Below, piece after piece: positions 1 through 10,369 of a DNA stretch of 64,000 nt (position 1 is the stretch's first letter; each line of letters starts with the position of its first letter). Position numbers and translations under genes: made by a program. A model generated the notes under the pieces. It did not search any database. It was not told where the DNA came from and worked only from the letters and a program-made list of their open reading frames with translations. Source of the stretch: an uncultured Thermoproteaceae archaeon (GTDB lineage Archaea; Thermoproteota; Thermoprotei; Thermoproteales; Thermocladiaceae). The stretch is taken from NCBI GenBank assembly GCA_964575955.1, contig CAZNTG010000006.1, forward strand, positions 384,001 to 448,000, given 5' to 3'.

Positions 1-147
1 GATTCTAGATGTACTAGATATGTAGTAATAACATACAATCCAACTATAGAAATATTTTCAACATCTAGAAAAATTTCTAAACTTATAATTGACATAGCTT
101 TGAAATACTTAGCTACAAGTGGTGAGAAAAAGCTAGTACTACTCTAC

Positions 148-1122
148 ATGAATATTGGAGATAGTAGATATGTTAAACTTACAAAAATACTAAGACATAG
201 GAGTGATAGTTTTTATATAATAAGTTCTAAACTTTGGAATTTTATTATAGCTTTAATTGCGATATTTGTAGCATTTCTATCGTCAATAGTGTTTAAAGAC
301 TTACTTCTAACAATGGTATTTGTAGTAATGTCATCAATATTTATGTCAACACTATCATTACTAAATGTGTATAAGTCCTCTCGTGGTATAGATATATTTT
401 CGAGAGATATATTGAAAATTTGTATATCATGTAGATTTGATACTCCTGAATCTAGAATTAGATCTCTCTTAAGGATTCTTAAAAATTTTGATGAAATATC
501 TAGAGATACTGTACATACTATAGATGCAATATCTAGGATAGTTTTAGGAGAATACTATCAGAATTTTAATATTGATAACATCTCGCTTGATATAAATGTT
601 GTTAATTTGTTAGATAAGTTGAAGACTAAGGTCTTATTAGTGAATTCTGATTATTGTAATGCGTTTACATTACCAATATTTAGACGTATTATAATTACTA
701 CTAAGCTATTAGCAGTCTTAAATAATCAGGAAATTAGTGCTGTAATTGCTCATGAGATTGGTCATATTGTTAATAATGACTTTATAAAATCTTTAATATT
801 GTTCATATTAAATTCATTCATTATATATCTAATTGTTAGGTATATGATATCTACATTCATGTCTATAATATTTATACTTTCAACAATGTTATTATACATA
901 TCGATATCTATACTCTTGTTCTTTGCTATTTTTAGAAAATTTGAAATTTATGCAGATAAGTATGCTGAGAAGATTGTAGGATCTGATAGTCTTGTGAATG
1001 CTTTGATTAAGGTTGGTTGGAAGTCTCTAATTTTGGAGATTGATAAACCTATAATGCTTATGTTGGCTAGAATTATATCAACACATCCACCTATACTTGA
1101 TAGAGTTCTAAGAGTCGTTTAA
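148..1122 (+). CDS. M48 (HtpX-like) membrane zinc metalloprotease
   Basis: NAF...AHEIGH zinc motif, E..AD motif, THPP..DR C-terminal motif, several TM helices; ATG at 148 preferred over TTG at 100. Confidence 0.85.
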   Translation: MNIGDSRYVKLTKILRHRSDSFYIISSKLWNFIIALIAIFVAFLSSIVFKDLLLTMVFVVMSSIFMSTLSLLNVYKSSRGIDIFSRDILKICISCRFDTPESRIRSLLRILKNFDEISRDTVHTIDAISRIVLGEYYQNFNIDNISLDINVVNLLDKLKTKVLLVNSDYCNAFTLPIFRRIIITTKLLAVLNNQEISAVIAHEIGHIVNNDFIKSLILFILNSFIIYLIVRYMISTFMSIIFILSTMLLYISISILLFFAIFRKFEIYADKYAEKIVGSDSLVNALIKVGWKSLILEIDKPIMLMLARIISTHPPILDRVLRVV

Positions 1123-1149
1123 ATAGTCTATACGAATTATTACACCTGA

Positions 1150-1548
1150 ATGTCTCTATATTCACTTATTAACCAGATTATACATCTTGCAGAGGCTAGA
1201 GGTGAGAGAGATATTCTATCTCTAGTTCTAGAACTTGAACGTGAGATGACTAAGATATTGGCTAAGTTGATAGAGCTTAGAATGGTTATTGATGATGTGG
1301 TTGGTGAATATGTACAACTTGATAAGACTCAATTAACTAAAGTTGAGCTAGATATAGTAGATATGTTAAAGGAACAGAATTGTAGATGCGTTGATATTAA
1401 TACTATTATAAGGAAGTTGGAAGGTTATACTCCTATAACTGTTATAACTGCTTTAAAGAGATTGAAAATTATGAAGATAGTTGATATTGATGTGGATGTT
1501 GACCAGAATGGTAAACTTAGTGTACGTGCATGTCTTAGAGTGAAGTAA
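1150..1548 (+). CDS. hypothetical protein, coiled coil plus C-terminal winged helix
   Basis: LT.VE.DIVDML...VITALKRL...IV wHTH-like pattern. Confidence 0.6.
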   Translation: MSLYSLINQIIHLAEARGERDILSLVLELEREMTKILAKLIELRMVIDDVVGEYVQLDKTQLTKVELDIVDMLKEQNCRCVDINTIIRKLEGYTPITVITALKRLKIMKIVDIDVDVDQNGKLSVRACLRVK

Positions 1549-1607
1549 TTTGACAGGTAGTAGAAGAACATTTTAAACCTCTACCACGTTTAAACATAAA
1601 TAGAGTT

Positions 1608-2285
1608 ATGTACGACGTACCTTTCGTACCATCACCTGAAGTTGTAATACGTAGAATGCTTCAACTTGCAGATGTTAGAGAGAATGAGATAGTGTACGAC
1701 CTTGGATGTGGTGATGGTAGAGTACTCATAATTGCTGCTAAGGAATTTGGAGCTAGAGCTGTAGGTATTGAGATTAGGAGAGATCTATACGAGCAATGTG
1801 TACGTAGAGTAAGAGATCTAGGACTTGAAGATAGAGTAAAAGTTTATCATGGAAACTTCTTCGAATATGATCTATCTGATGCAGATGTCATAACACTATA
1901 CCTACTAACTAGCGTTAATGAGAGGTTGAGACCTAAGCTTGAGCGTGAACTTAGACCTGGAACTAGAGTTGTTAGTCATGATTTTGAAGTACCAGGATGG
2001 AGACCTATAATAATTGAAGATCTATATGAAGAATGGAGAAGTCATAAACTCTACCTATACAAGATACCTGGAGCAGAGATACCAATACCTGGAAATGTAG
2101 AGCCAAATACTGACATGTTGACAGATATCGAGAAGAAAGTTATAAAGTATATTGATGGAAGTACAAGTATTGAGGATATTGCAAAGAAGCTTGGAACAAC
2201 ATTGAGAACTGTTAGAGAGATTGTAAATAAATTCTACAAGATGGGTGTAGTTAAAGAGATTAAAGTTGTAAAAGGTACACCATGA
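1608..2285 (+). CDS. class I SAM methyltransferase (crenarchaeal protein-lysine methyltransferase aKMT-like) fused to C-terminal wHTH
   Basis: VPFVPSP, YDLGCGDGR, LYLL..VN.RLRPKLE.EL.PG.RVVSHDF; extra ~60 aa HTH (SIEDIAKKLGTTLRTV). Confidence 0.85.
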   Translation: MYDVPFVPSPEVVIRRMLQLADVRENEIVYDLGCGDGRVLIIAAKEFGARAVGIEIRRDLYEQCVRRVRDLGLEDRVKVYHGNFFEYDLSDADVITLYLLTSVNERLRPKLERELRPGTRVVSHDFEVPGWRPIIIEDLYEEWRSHKLYLYKIPGAEIPIPGNVEPNTDMLTDIEKKVIKYIDGSTSIEDIAKKLGTTLRTVREIVNKFYKMGVVKEIKVVKGTP

Positions 2286-2289
2286 GGAT

Positions 2290-3243
2290 TTGAAATTAAT
2301 GGAGGTATACGAAGTTGGTAATCCAACGTGCAATATACATACCATAGAGGAGCTAGTTGAAACATATAGACAATGTGGAGGGTATATGGCAAAAAATGTC
2401 TATAAAGCATGTCGAATAATGTTAGACATGTTTACTAGTAATGAAATAGTAATACTCTCATTTCCTGCAGATATAATAGCGACAGGAATTAGATCAATAA
2501 TAGCAGACTTCTTAAGAAGAGGATTCGCAGATATAGTAATAACAACAGCAGGAACATTAGATCACGATATAGCTAGAGCATTTGGTGGAAAATATATATC
2601 ACATAAATTTGATGTTGATGATTCTAAACTTAGAGATGAAGGATTTCATAGAATTGGGAATATACTAGTCAAAATAGAGCATTATGGACCTATAATTGAG
2701 AATTTTATACATAACTTCTTAAGCAAATTAACTAGAGATGGTATTACTAAACTTGGAATTAGAAGACTACTATACCTAATGGGTAGACATATTGAAGACG
2801 AAAATTCCATAGTTAAGATATGCTCAATAAATAAGATACCGATATACGTATTTGGATATGTAGATGGTGCATTTGGTACAGCAATTCTCACATATAATGA
2901 AGTTCAGAGAAGTAGGGTTGACAGTAAGAAAGTAATTATAGATCTATATGAAGATGAGAGAGAGCTAGAGAAGATATTTAGCAATTTTAAAGATGTTGGA
3001 TGTATTATTATTGGTGGTGGTGTTAGTGGAAGACATGTCGAGTACATAATTGACAGATATGTTAGAAATATTAGACACTTAGTAACGATACTATCAACAC
3101 CATACGAGAGAGTAAACGTAAGATGTGAGAAAGGTACTACAATATACTCAGATGCAACAATCATAATACCAATACTATTCTCATATATCGTAGCCAAACT
3201 TAAAAATAGAGAGAGGAAATTGCTTGAGTGTTTAGAGTGGTAG
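2290..3243 (+). CDS. deoxyhypusine synthase homologue, apparently lacking the catalytic lysine loop
   Basis: ATGIR, TTAGTLDHDIAR, RIGNI, DGAFG, IIGGG and DATI motifs present; KHH replaced by GRH and DGSLSGA..EA.SWGK segment missing. Confidence 0.8.
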   Translation: MKLMEVYEVGNPTCNIHTIEELVETYRQCGGYMAKNVYKACRIMLDMFTSNEIVILSFPADIIATGIRSIIADFLRRGFADIVITTAGTLDHDIARAFGGKYISHKFDVDDSKLRDEGFHRIGNILVKIEHYGPIIENFIHNFLSKLTRDGITKLGIRRLLYLMGRHIEDENSIVKICSINKIPIYVFGYVDGAFGTAILTYNEVQRSRVDSKKVIIDLYEDERELEKIFSNFKDVGCIIIGGGVSGRHVEYIIDRYVRNIRHLVTILSTPYERVNVRCEKGTTIYSDATIIIPILFSYIVAKLKNRERKLLECLEW

Positions 3244-4214
3244 ATTTATCACTCTACTACATTCTAATACTACTAACTTCTCTAATATCTGTTCTATGTG
3301 TATCTAAATTACGAAGTAGCAAGATCTTAGCTATAGATGTTCATAAGCCAAATAAGGTTGAAATACCTAAAATTGGAGGACTATGCCTTCTAGCTAGCTC
3401 ACTCATTTCAATACTGCTAGACTATTTTCTCAATGTCATAAAGCTAGAACTACTACTCATAATTCAGCTACCTGCTATCATAGTTGGTATAGTTGGTCTT
3501 CTAGATGATCTTTATGATATAAAACCAATATTTAGAATACTGACCTGTATACTGACATCTATAGTACTTGTAGTACTTGTAACACCTACAGACTCATTTC
3601 TGATAGTGGGATCCGTTAGAAATGTATTCTTTTTAGATTCTCTATCTTGCATACTTATGATTATAATGTTCAATGCTGTAAATATGTTAGATGTTATGAA
3701 TGGTGTTGTATCTGGAGCATGTTTAATAATATTTACAACAATGTTAATATTAAGCATATTTTACGGCAATATAGATAATTTAAAGATATATCTACTACTA
3801 CTATGTCAAATAATTCCATTATTCCTATTTAACAAGTATCCAGCTAGAGTATTTTTAGGTAATGTTGGTTCATATATGCTTGGTGTATATATTGGAATTA
3901 CAGCATGTTATTGTGGGATGTTTGTAGAAACATTATTAGCATGTTTACCATTCATAATAAATGGTCTTCTAATTCTTGCATCAACTAGAGGTAGAGTATT
4001 TATTGGAGGTAGAAAATATGCATCAAGACCAATAATATGTAATGGAGGCATATTGTATCCAAATCCTGATAAGAATGCTACACTTAGTCTAGCAAGGATA
4101 TTTGTCATATATGGTTCAAATACAGAACCTAAGGTTGTCAAAAGAATATTAACACTATTCCTCATATCGTGTATCCTGACATTGATAATAGTTTTTATAT
4201 ATAGACTTATTTAA
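3228..4214 (+). CDS. MraY/GPT family polyprenyl-phosphate HexNAc-1-P transferase (AglH-like)
   Basis: D.HKP, P.IGG, GLLDD, NAVNMLD.MNG, FNKYPARVFLGNVGSY; multi-TM. Confidence 0.85.
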   Translation: MFRVVDLSLYYILILLTSLISVLCVSKLRSSKILAIDVHKPNKVEIPKIGGLCLLASSLISILLDYFLNVIKLELLLIIQLPAIIVGIVGLLDDLYDIKPIFRILTCILTSIVLVVLVTPTDSFLIVGSVRNVFFLDSLSCILMIIMFNAVNMLDVMNGVVSGACLIIFTTMLILSIFYGNIDNLKIYLLLLCQIIPLFLFNKYPARVFLGNVGSYMLGVYIGITACYCGMFVETLLACLPFIINGLLILASTRGRVFIGGRKYASRPIICNGGILYPNPDKNATLSLARIFVIYGSNTEPKVVKRILTLFLISCILTLIIVFIYRLI

Positions 4215-4221
4215 AGACGAC

Positions 4222-4506
4222 ATGTCTAGAATATCCCTAAATCCATACATAGCCTTCATAATATCATTTCTATTACTACTAGCTTTGATAAGTATTGCAG
4301 CCTATGTTAGATCAACATTTCTAGAAGAACTTCCAGGAGTTGTTAGAGCTATCTCATATTTAGCATTTGTATGCTTTATAGTCTGTGTATGGTCGTACAT
4401 TACCTATAAGATCTTTAGAACGGTTGAAAGAAGGGGGTTAAAAACTTCTCAAATATATTCTATACATGAAGATAAGGAGGGAGAAGAGAGGAAGTCTCAT
4501 ACTTGA
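4222..4506 (+). CDS. small 2-TM membrane protein
   Basis: two hydrophobic stretches, in operon with neighbours. Confidence 0.55.
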   Translation: MSRISLNPYIAFIISFLLLLALISIAAYVRSTFLEELPGVVRAISYLAFVCFIVCVWSYITYKIFRTVERRGLKTSQIYSIHEDKEGEERKSHT

Positions 4507-4684
4507 AGAGATTTTACTGATTGCAGTGTCTATAGCTGTACTTATAGCTTTGATAAGTATTGTTGGAGGTATACTAAGTCACATGACTAAGGGTATAGAG
4601 ATGTTGAATGTTGATATTGGAAAGGCTTTCCAAAATTTTACTAGTAAGATATGGCATGTGATAACGAGAGCATTCAAGATTTAG
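4466..4684 (+). CDS. small class III signal peptide (pilin-like) protein
   Basis: basic leader MKIRREKRG/ followed by SLILE (E at +5) and hydrophobic helix. Confidence 0.7.
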   Translation: MKIRREKRGSLILEEILLIAVSIAVLIALISIVGGILSHMTKGIEMLNVDIGKAFQNFTSKIWHVITRAFKI

Positions 4685-4812
4685 TTAATCGAGTTAGAAA
4701 GCTTTTGAGAGAGATTACTGAGATTGAGCATAGAGTATTGATGTTAGAGAATATGATTGAGAAGAGGAGGAAGATTATCGATATATTGAGAGAAGTTTTG
4801 GAGAAAAAGTAA
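4651..4812 (+). CDS. 53-aa coiled-coil protein (not in ORF track)
   Basis: my translation MACDNESIQDLVNRVRKLLREITEIEHRVLMLENMIEKRRKIIDILREVLEKK*; fills gap before pyrG, host-like codon use. Confidence 0.55.
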   Translation: MACDNESIQDLVNRVRKLLREITEIEHRVLMLENMIEKRRKIIDILREVLEKK

Positions 4813-4839
4813 ATACTAGTTAGGGTATATCTAATCTGC

Positions 4840-6465
4840 GTGGTAAAATACGTCTTCATTACAGGAGGTGTATTGAGTAGTGTTGGTAAGGGGGTTATTA
4901 CAGCATCTATAGCTAAGATATTGCAAGCTAGAGGATATAGAGTAACTACGATAAAGATTGACCCATACTTCAACGTTGATGCAGGAACAATGAATCCATA
5001 TCAGCATGGTGAAGTGTTTGTTACAGCTGACGGTGGTGAGACAGATCTAGATCTTGGTCATTATGAGAGATTTCTAGATGTTGAACTTACAAAGGATCAT
5101 AATATAACTTCAGGTAAGGTATATCTTAAAGTTATAACTGATGAGCGTGAAGGTAAATATCTTGGACAGACAGTACAGCTTATTCCACATGTTACAGATG
5201 AGATTAAGCGTGAGATTAAGTATGCTGTAGAGAAGTCGAATGCTACCATTGGAGTTGTAGAGATTGGTGGTACTGTTGGGGATTACGAAAGTCTACCATT
5301 CTTAGAAGCTATTAGACAGATGAGACTTGAAGAAGGTTATGACAATACTGTGTTTGTACATGTAGCTCTAGTACCTATAATTGAAACTACTGGGGAACCT
5401 AAAACAAAACCTCTTCAGCATAGTGTGTTTGAATTGAGGAGAATAGGTATACAGCCTGACATAATTATTGCTAGATGTAAAACATGGCTTGATAATGAGA
5501 TTAAGAGGAAGATTGCATTGTTTACAAATGTTCCATCAAGTGCAATATTTACAGCACCTTACGTAGATACTATATATAGGATACCTCTAATACTTGATGA
5601 GGAAGGTCTAGGAGATTATCTAGTTAAAAGGTTGAAACTTGAACCTCGTAGACCTGACCTTTCTGATTGGTGTGATTTTGTTAATAGACTTTCAAGTCCT
5701 AGAGATAGTGTTAAGATTGGTCTATGTGGAAAGTATGTTAAATTGAAAGATTCCTATCTGAGTGTTCTGGAGGCTTTAACACATGCAGGTGCAAAACTTA
5801 GAATAAAACCTGAAATTGTGTGGATTGATGCAGACTCTATAGAGAAGGGATCTGAAGAAGAACTTGAAAAACTTAATGATGTTCATGGTGTAATTGTACT
5901 ACCAGGATTTGGTATTAGAGGAGCAGAAGGTAAGATTAGAGTTATAAAAGAGGTTAGAGAGAGAAAGATACCATTTCTAGGAATTTGCTTTGGAATGCAG
6001 CTTGCAGTTGTTGAATTTGCTAGAAATGTACTAGGTTTAAAAGATGCTAATAGTACAGAGATAAATCCTGAAACACCACATCCTGTTGTTGATCTAGCAC
6101 CAGAACAGAAGATGATAGATAAGAAAGGTGGAACAATGATGCTTGGTAATAAGCCTGTTAAAATTATGAGAAACACATTAGCTTATAGGCTATATAACGT
6201 AGAGCTAGTGTATGAGAGACATAGACATAGATATATTATAAATGAGAAGTATATACCAGATCTAGAGAAGGCAGGTTTGAAAATTTCAGGAATAAGAGCA
6301 GATACTGAATACACTATAGTTGAGATAGTAGAACTTGAAGATCATCCATTCTTCATAGGAACACAATTTCACCCTGAGTTCAGAAGTAGACCATTGAATC
6401 CACATCCACTGTTTGTTGGACTTCTAGATGCAGCACTACGATTTAAATATGGTGAAAAGATATAG
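4840..6465 (+). CDS. pyrG: CTP synthase
   Basis: KYVFITGGVLSSVGKG, DGGETDLDLGHYERF, GICFGMQ, ERHRHRY, QFHPEF. Confidence 0.99.
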   Translation: MVKYVFITGGVLSSVGKGVITASIAKILQARGYRVTTIKIDPYFNVDAGTMNPYQHGEVFVTADGGETDLDLGHYERFLDVELTKDHNITSGKVYLKVITDEREGKYLGQTVQLIPHVTDEIKREIKYAVEKSNATIGVVEIGGTVGDYESLPFLEAIRQMRLEEGYDNTVFVHVALVPIIETTGEPKTKPLQHSVFELRRIGIQPDIIIARCKTWLDNEIKRKIALFTNVPSSAIFTAPYVDTIYRIPLILDEEGLGDYLVKRLKLEPRRPDLSDWCDFVNRLSSPRDSVKIGLCGKYVKLKDSYLSVLEALTHAGAKLRIKPEIVWIDADSIEKGSEEELEKLNDVHGVIVLPGFGIRGAEGKIRVIKEVRERKIPFLGICFGMQLAVVEFARNVLGLKDANSTEINPETPHPVVDLAPEQKMIDKKGGTMMLGNKPVKIMRNTLAYRLYNVELVYERHRHRYIINEKYIPDLEKAGLKISGIRADTEYTIVEIVELEDHPFFIGTQFHPEFRSRPLNPHPLFVGLLDAALRFKYGEKI

Positions 6466-6473
6466 TCATTAGA

Positions 6474-6522
6474 GTGATGATGCAGTTCGCATATGATAGA
6501 TGATTAAGCCCTCGAATACTGA
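6474..6522 (+). ncRNA. C/D box methylation-guide sRNA
   Basis: C box GTGATGA (6474-80), 12-nt guide, D' ATGA, C' GATGATT, 12-nt guide AGCCCTCGAATA, D box CTGA (6519-22), intergenic between convergent genes. Confidence 0.75.
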
Positions 6523-6528
6523 CTTAAA

Positions 6529-8277
6529 CTATCTAATCTCTATGACATCCTCATCCTCAATATCCTCTCTCTTCCTCACTCTGAGTTTTTCATTATGAAC
6601 TTTAAATATTCTCAATAATCCAAAAACTATGAGACATATTACACATATAACAAACATTATGATTATAATACTACCACAACTAAATGTTGGTATTGATATA
6701 GTTATAGTAAATTTACTAGAATTTACATAGATATTATTACTAACACTATACTCATCATGAACAATATTAACTCTATGATAACCACATAATACAACACATC
6801 CACCTCTACATAAATTACCATCAATATATACTCTAGCATTAATTGGAAGTCCAAACATGTCTACAGTATTAACATAGATTTTAGATAGACATAAATTTAC
6901 AACTATTCCATTTTGAGTATATACATAGGGTAGCTCTATCCTCTTTCCATCAACGACTGTGTATATTCTAAACTTAGATTTACAATATTGTAGATATGCA
7001 ATATTGAAAGTATTATTAAACTTATACACATAATATCTATAGTTTTTACCACATACATCTACAATTAATGGACAACCACTTTTACAAATACCTCCAAGAT
7101 TTATATGAACACTCATCTTAACAAATGGTAATTTCAATTCTACACCTCTCGTAATGTATATTTTCCCTAAACTTATCGTTCTATTATTAAACTTTAGATA
7201 TGCCGTGTATACACCTTCAACAACACATACATCTGGTCTATATGTCACTGTTATAGGTCCTGATAGTATTATTTTTACACTTCTGCTAATAGTCTTATAT
7301 GAGAGTGGAAGACCGTTCAGATCTGTAAGTATTACCGAACTTAGTGGTACTATGTCATTACTAATCTTAACACTATTACTAATTATTGAATCTAGATAGT
7401 ATGTCCTTACAGCTATATTATCAATTGTTAAATATATGAAACTCTTCTCATAACTAACAATAGATGATGAACATTGAGTGTTATTACATATCTGTACGTT
7501 ATTACAAATTTTCAATACATCATTACTTATATAAACCTTCACCTTACGCATTTTGTAGGTATTGTTGCTCTTCTCTACAGGTATTATGTAGTATGCTGTT
7601 ACATTAACTCTAGCTGTACCTTCAATACTTATCTCAATATTATGCATATAAGATTTTAAACATTCTACATATAACTCACCTGTATATTTCTTCTCTACAA
7701 TTTCTGTAAATAATTTTGGTCTATATGTTAGATTTATTGGTGCAATACTTACAATACATATCTTATAGTATAGTAAATACCCTAACTTACCATTTATTAT
7801 TGCTAAATTTGGAAATGTTGTTGACGATATGTTTAGTATATTATTATTCAATACGTACTGTCTAGATAAGCCGCTTAAAACTATTCCAAAATTATCATTC
7901 ATATCCGTCTTATATAGTAGTATTTTTATACAATTTACATAGTCTGGTACATATAGAACAACATCTCTAAGATTATACTTCTTCAATACAATATTATCCT
8001 CCTTATTTCCTAGAATTGTTATATATTCAACATTTCCTATAGCAAATTTTGAATTGTTTGATAAGTATATCTCTACTAGTCCATGTATATTACAAATTTT
8101 AAATTCAAATTTCGTATAGTTGTATGGTATGTATAGTGTTTTTACAATATTTTTCTCACTAGTTTTTATACCTATCTGCTCTATGTAGTATATTGATTGT
8201 TGACAATGTACTAGTTGAATGCTTGATGATATTAGTAGACATATGGCTAGTGTAATTATTATTAATGATATTCTCAT
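6529..8277 (-). CDS. secreted/surface protein, beta-rich, C-terminal TM anchor
   Basis: N-terminal signal peptide, many N-x-S/T sequons, TM plus charged tail at C-terminus. Confidence 0.7.
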   Translation of the reverse strand: MRISLIIITLAICLLISSSIQLVHCQQSIYYIEQIGIKTSEKNIVKTLYIPYNYTKFEFKICNIHGLVEIYLSNNSKFAIGNVEYITILGNKEDNIVLKKYNLRDVVLYVPDYVNCIKILLYKTDMNDNFGIVLSGLSRQYVLNNNILNISSTTFPNLAIINGKLGYLLYYKICIVSIAPINLTYRPKLFTEIVEKKYTGELYVECLKSYMHNIEISIEGTARVNVTAYYIIPVEKSNNTYKMRKVKVYISNDVLKICNNVQICNNTQCSSSIVSYEKSFIYLTIDNIAVRTYYLDSIISNSVKISNDIVPLSSVILTDLNGLPLSYKTISRSVKIILSGPITVTYRPDVCVVEGVYTAYLKFNNRTISLGKIYITRGVELKLPFVKMSVHINLGGICKSGCPLIVDVCGKNYRYYVYKFNNTFNIAYLQYCKSKFRIYTVVDGKRIELPYVYTQNGIVVNLCLSKIYVNTVDMFGLPINARVYIDGNLCRGGCVVLCGYHRVNIVHDEYSVSNNIYVNSSKFTITISIPTFSCGSIIIIMFVICVICLIVFGLLRIFKVHNEKLRVRKREDIEDEDVIEIR

Positions 8278-8351
8278 TGTGACGATATTGTTGACTTATC
8301 TTAATAGAGTAACTTTTAAATTAACGTAATAGAGAACTTCACCACATATAC

Positions 8352-10022
8352 ATGGTTAAGGAACATTGGATTGAATTGTTAGCTTCTAGGATTGCTGAAA
8401 GATGTTCTCGATTAGGGAAGGATGAGTGTGTTCTAAATGGTGGTTTAAGTGTTTCAGGACTTCAACATGTCGGTAGACTTAGAGGTGAAGTTGTTATGAA
8501 TGATGTATTAAGGAGAATTCTAGAGACTAAGTATGGTCTCAAGGTTAGACAATACTTAACATTATACACAATGGATCCGTGGAAAGGTAAGGATAGACAA
8601 TTGAGAGAGTTTAAAAATGTTGAAGAAGCTCTAAGATATGTAGAGTGGCCTCTTGAGTACGTTCCCGATCCATATGGATGTCATAGGTCATGGATTGAGC
8701 ATTATTGGGAAGATTTTGGTAATTATCTCAAAGATTTTGCACATGATATACAGATAGTAACTACAGGCGAGATGTATAGAAGTTGGAATTCTATGAGAGA
8801 ATTTATATTGAAAACATTAGAGAAGAGGATTGAAATAATTAAAGTCTTAAATAAGTATAGAGGTAGAAATCCATATCCTGATACGTACATACCGTTTGAG
8901 CCTAGATGTAGATCTTGTGGTAGAATTGGAAAAGCTAAAGTTATAGATATAGATGTTCATAAAGATAGAGTAGTGTATAGATGTGAATGTGGATATGAAG
9001 GTGAAGGTAGACTCAGCGAGGGTAAGCTACCTTGGAGAATTGAGTGGGTTGCTGTGTGGTATGTTCTTAAAGTTGATTTTGAACCATTTGGTAAAGATCA
9101 TGCAACACCAGGAGGTTCTAGAGATTCAGCTAAAGATCTTGCAGAGACTGTCTACGGTATAGAAGCACCATTAGGTGAATGGTATGAATGGGTTGGATAT
9201 GTTAAAGGTGGTAAAGATGTTGGAGATATGGGTAGTAGTGACTTCATAGGATTTACACCTAGAGAATGGCTTGAAGTTGCAGAACCTGAAGTATTGAGAT
9301 ACTACTACATATTTCATGAACCTCACAGAAGACTCGTTCTTGGAATTGAAAATGTTTACCAGTACGTAGATATGTACGATAGAGCTGAAAGACTGTACTA
9401 TGGAATTGAAAAGCCTAGTCCTGCAGAGGAGGAGTATATTGATCTAATTAAGAAGAGCTACATATATGCACAACTTAGACCACTGCCGAAAGAACCACCA
9501 TTCCAACTACCATACTTACATGCAGTTGCACTAGTGCAAACACTACCAGAGACAGATAATGTAGACGTAATGCTTGAACATGCAATTAAGAGATTAAAAA
9601 TGACTAAAATACTTCAAAAAGAGCTTGATGATTACTCAATAGAGAGATTGAAGAGAAGATTGTTAAATGCTAAGAACTGGGTTCAAAAATATGCGCCTGA
9701 AACATATAAGATTAAGCTAGTTGAAGATATTGAAGTAGATAAGGTTAAGACATTTTCAGAAAAGGCTATAGAGAAGATAAAGATTCTAATTGATAAACTT
9801 GAAAGTATTGATAGATGGGATGATGAAAGTATTAAAGAAGCTATGAAATCAATACCTAAAGAAGATAAGAAGATTGAAAGAGAGTTCTTCAAAGCAATAT
9901 ACATAGCATTCTTCGGTAAAGATAGTGGACCTAGAATTGCACCATACTTCGCAATTTTAGGTAGAGAATTTGTTATAAATAGATTAAGAAGATTAATACA
10001 GGTATGGCAAAGTACCAGATAA
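8352..10022 (+). CDS. lysS: lysyl-tRNA synthetase, class I
   Basis: HW.E..A, SGLQHVGRLRGE, GKLPWR.EW, FEPFGKDHA..GGS, MGSS, GPRI. Confidence 0.97.
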   Translation: MVKEHWIELLASRIAERCSRLGKDECVLNGGLSVSGLQHVGRLRGEVVMNDVLRRILETKYGLKVRQYLTLYTMDPWKGKDRQLREFKNVEEALRYVEWPLEYVPDPYGCHRSWIEHYWEDFGNYLKDFAHDIQIVTTGEMYRSWNSMREFILKTLEKRIEIIKVLNKYRGRNPYPDTYIPFEPRCRSCGRIGKAKVIDIDVHKDRVVYRCECGYEGEGRLSEGKLPWRIEWVAVWYVLKVDFEPFGKDHATPGGSRDSAKDLAETVYGIEAPLGEWYEWVGYVKGGKDVGDMGSSDFIGFTPREWLEVAEPEVLRYYYIFHEPHRRLVLGIENVYQYVDMYDRAERLYYGIEKPSPAEEEYIDLIKKSYIYAQLRPLPKEPPFQLPYLHAVALVQTLPETDNVDVMLEHAIKRLKMTKILQKELDDYSIERLKRRLLNAKNWVQKYAPETYKIKLVEDIEVDKVKTFSEKAIEKIKILIDKLESIDRWDDESIKEAMKSIPKEDKKIEREFFKAIYIAFFGKDSGPRIAPYFAILGREFVINRLRRLIQVWQSTR

Positions 10023-10369
10023 CAACTTTTGCATTAAGTTCAATATTACTAGCAGCTACACTACACATATACTTCAAAAGTCTTGATAATGTAGTTCAAT
10101 TATCATCATTAGTGTTTGGAGGATTTAGAAATTATCTCTCAATACTACTATGGTTAAGCATAATACTTTTTGCAACTAGTGCAATAACAAATCTCCTAGC
10201 TAGAGCAGACATTGAACATCACATATCTACAATGCATCCATATAGAGAGGAAGAGGAACTAACTATCATAACTATAAAGAGAATATTAACGTACAGTTCT
10301 ATAGGTATGATATTGACAAGTCTTGTGATACTACTATTAGCACTACTTAGAGCTTCAGTAATGTTCTAA
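10004..10369 (+). CDS. 3-TM hypothetical membrane protein
   Basis: hydrophobicity pattern; overlaps lysS stop. Confidence 0.6.
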   Translation: MAKYQITTFALSSILLAATLHIYFKSLDNVVQLSSLVFGGFRNYLSILLWLSIILFATSAITNLLARADIEHHISTMHPYREEEELTIITIKRILTYSSIGMILTSLVILLLALLRASVMF

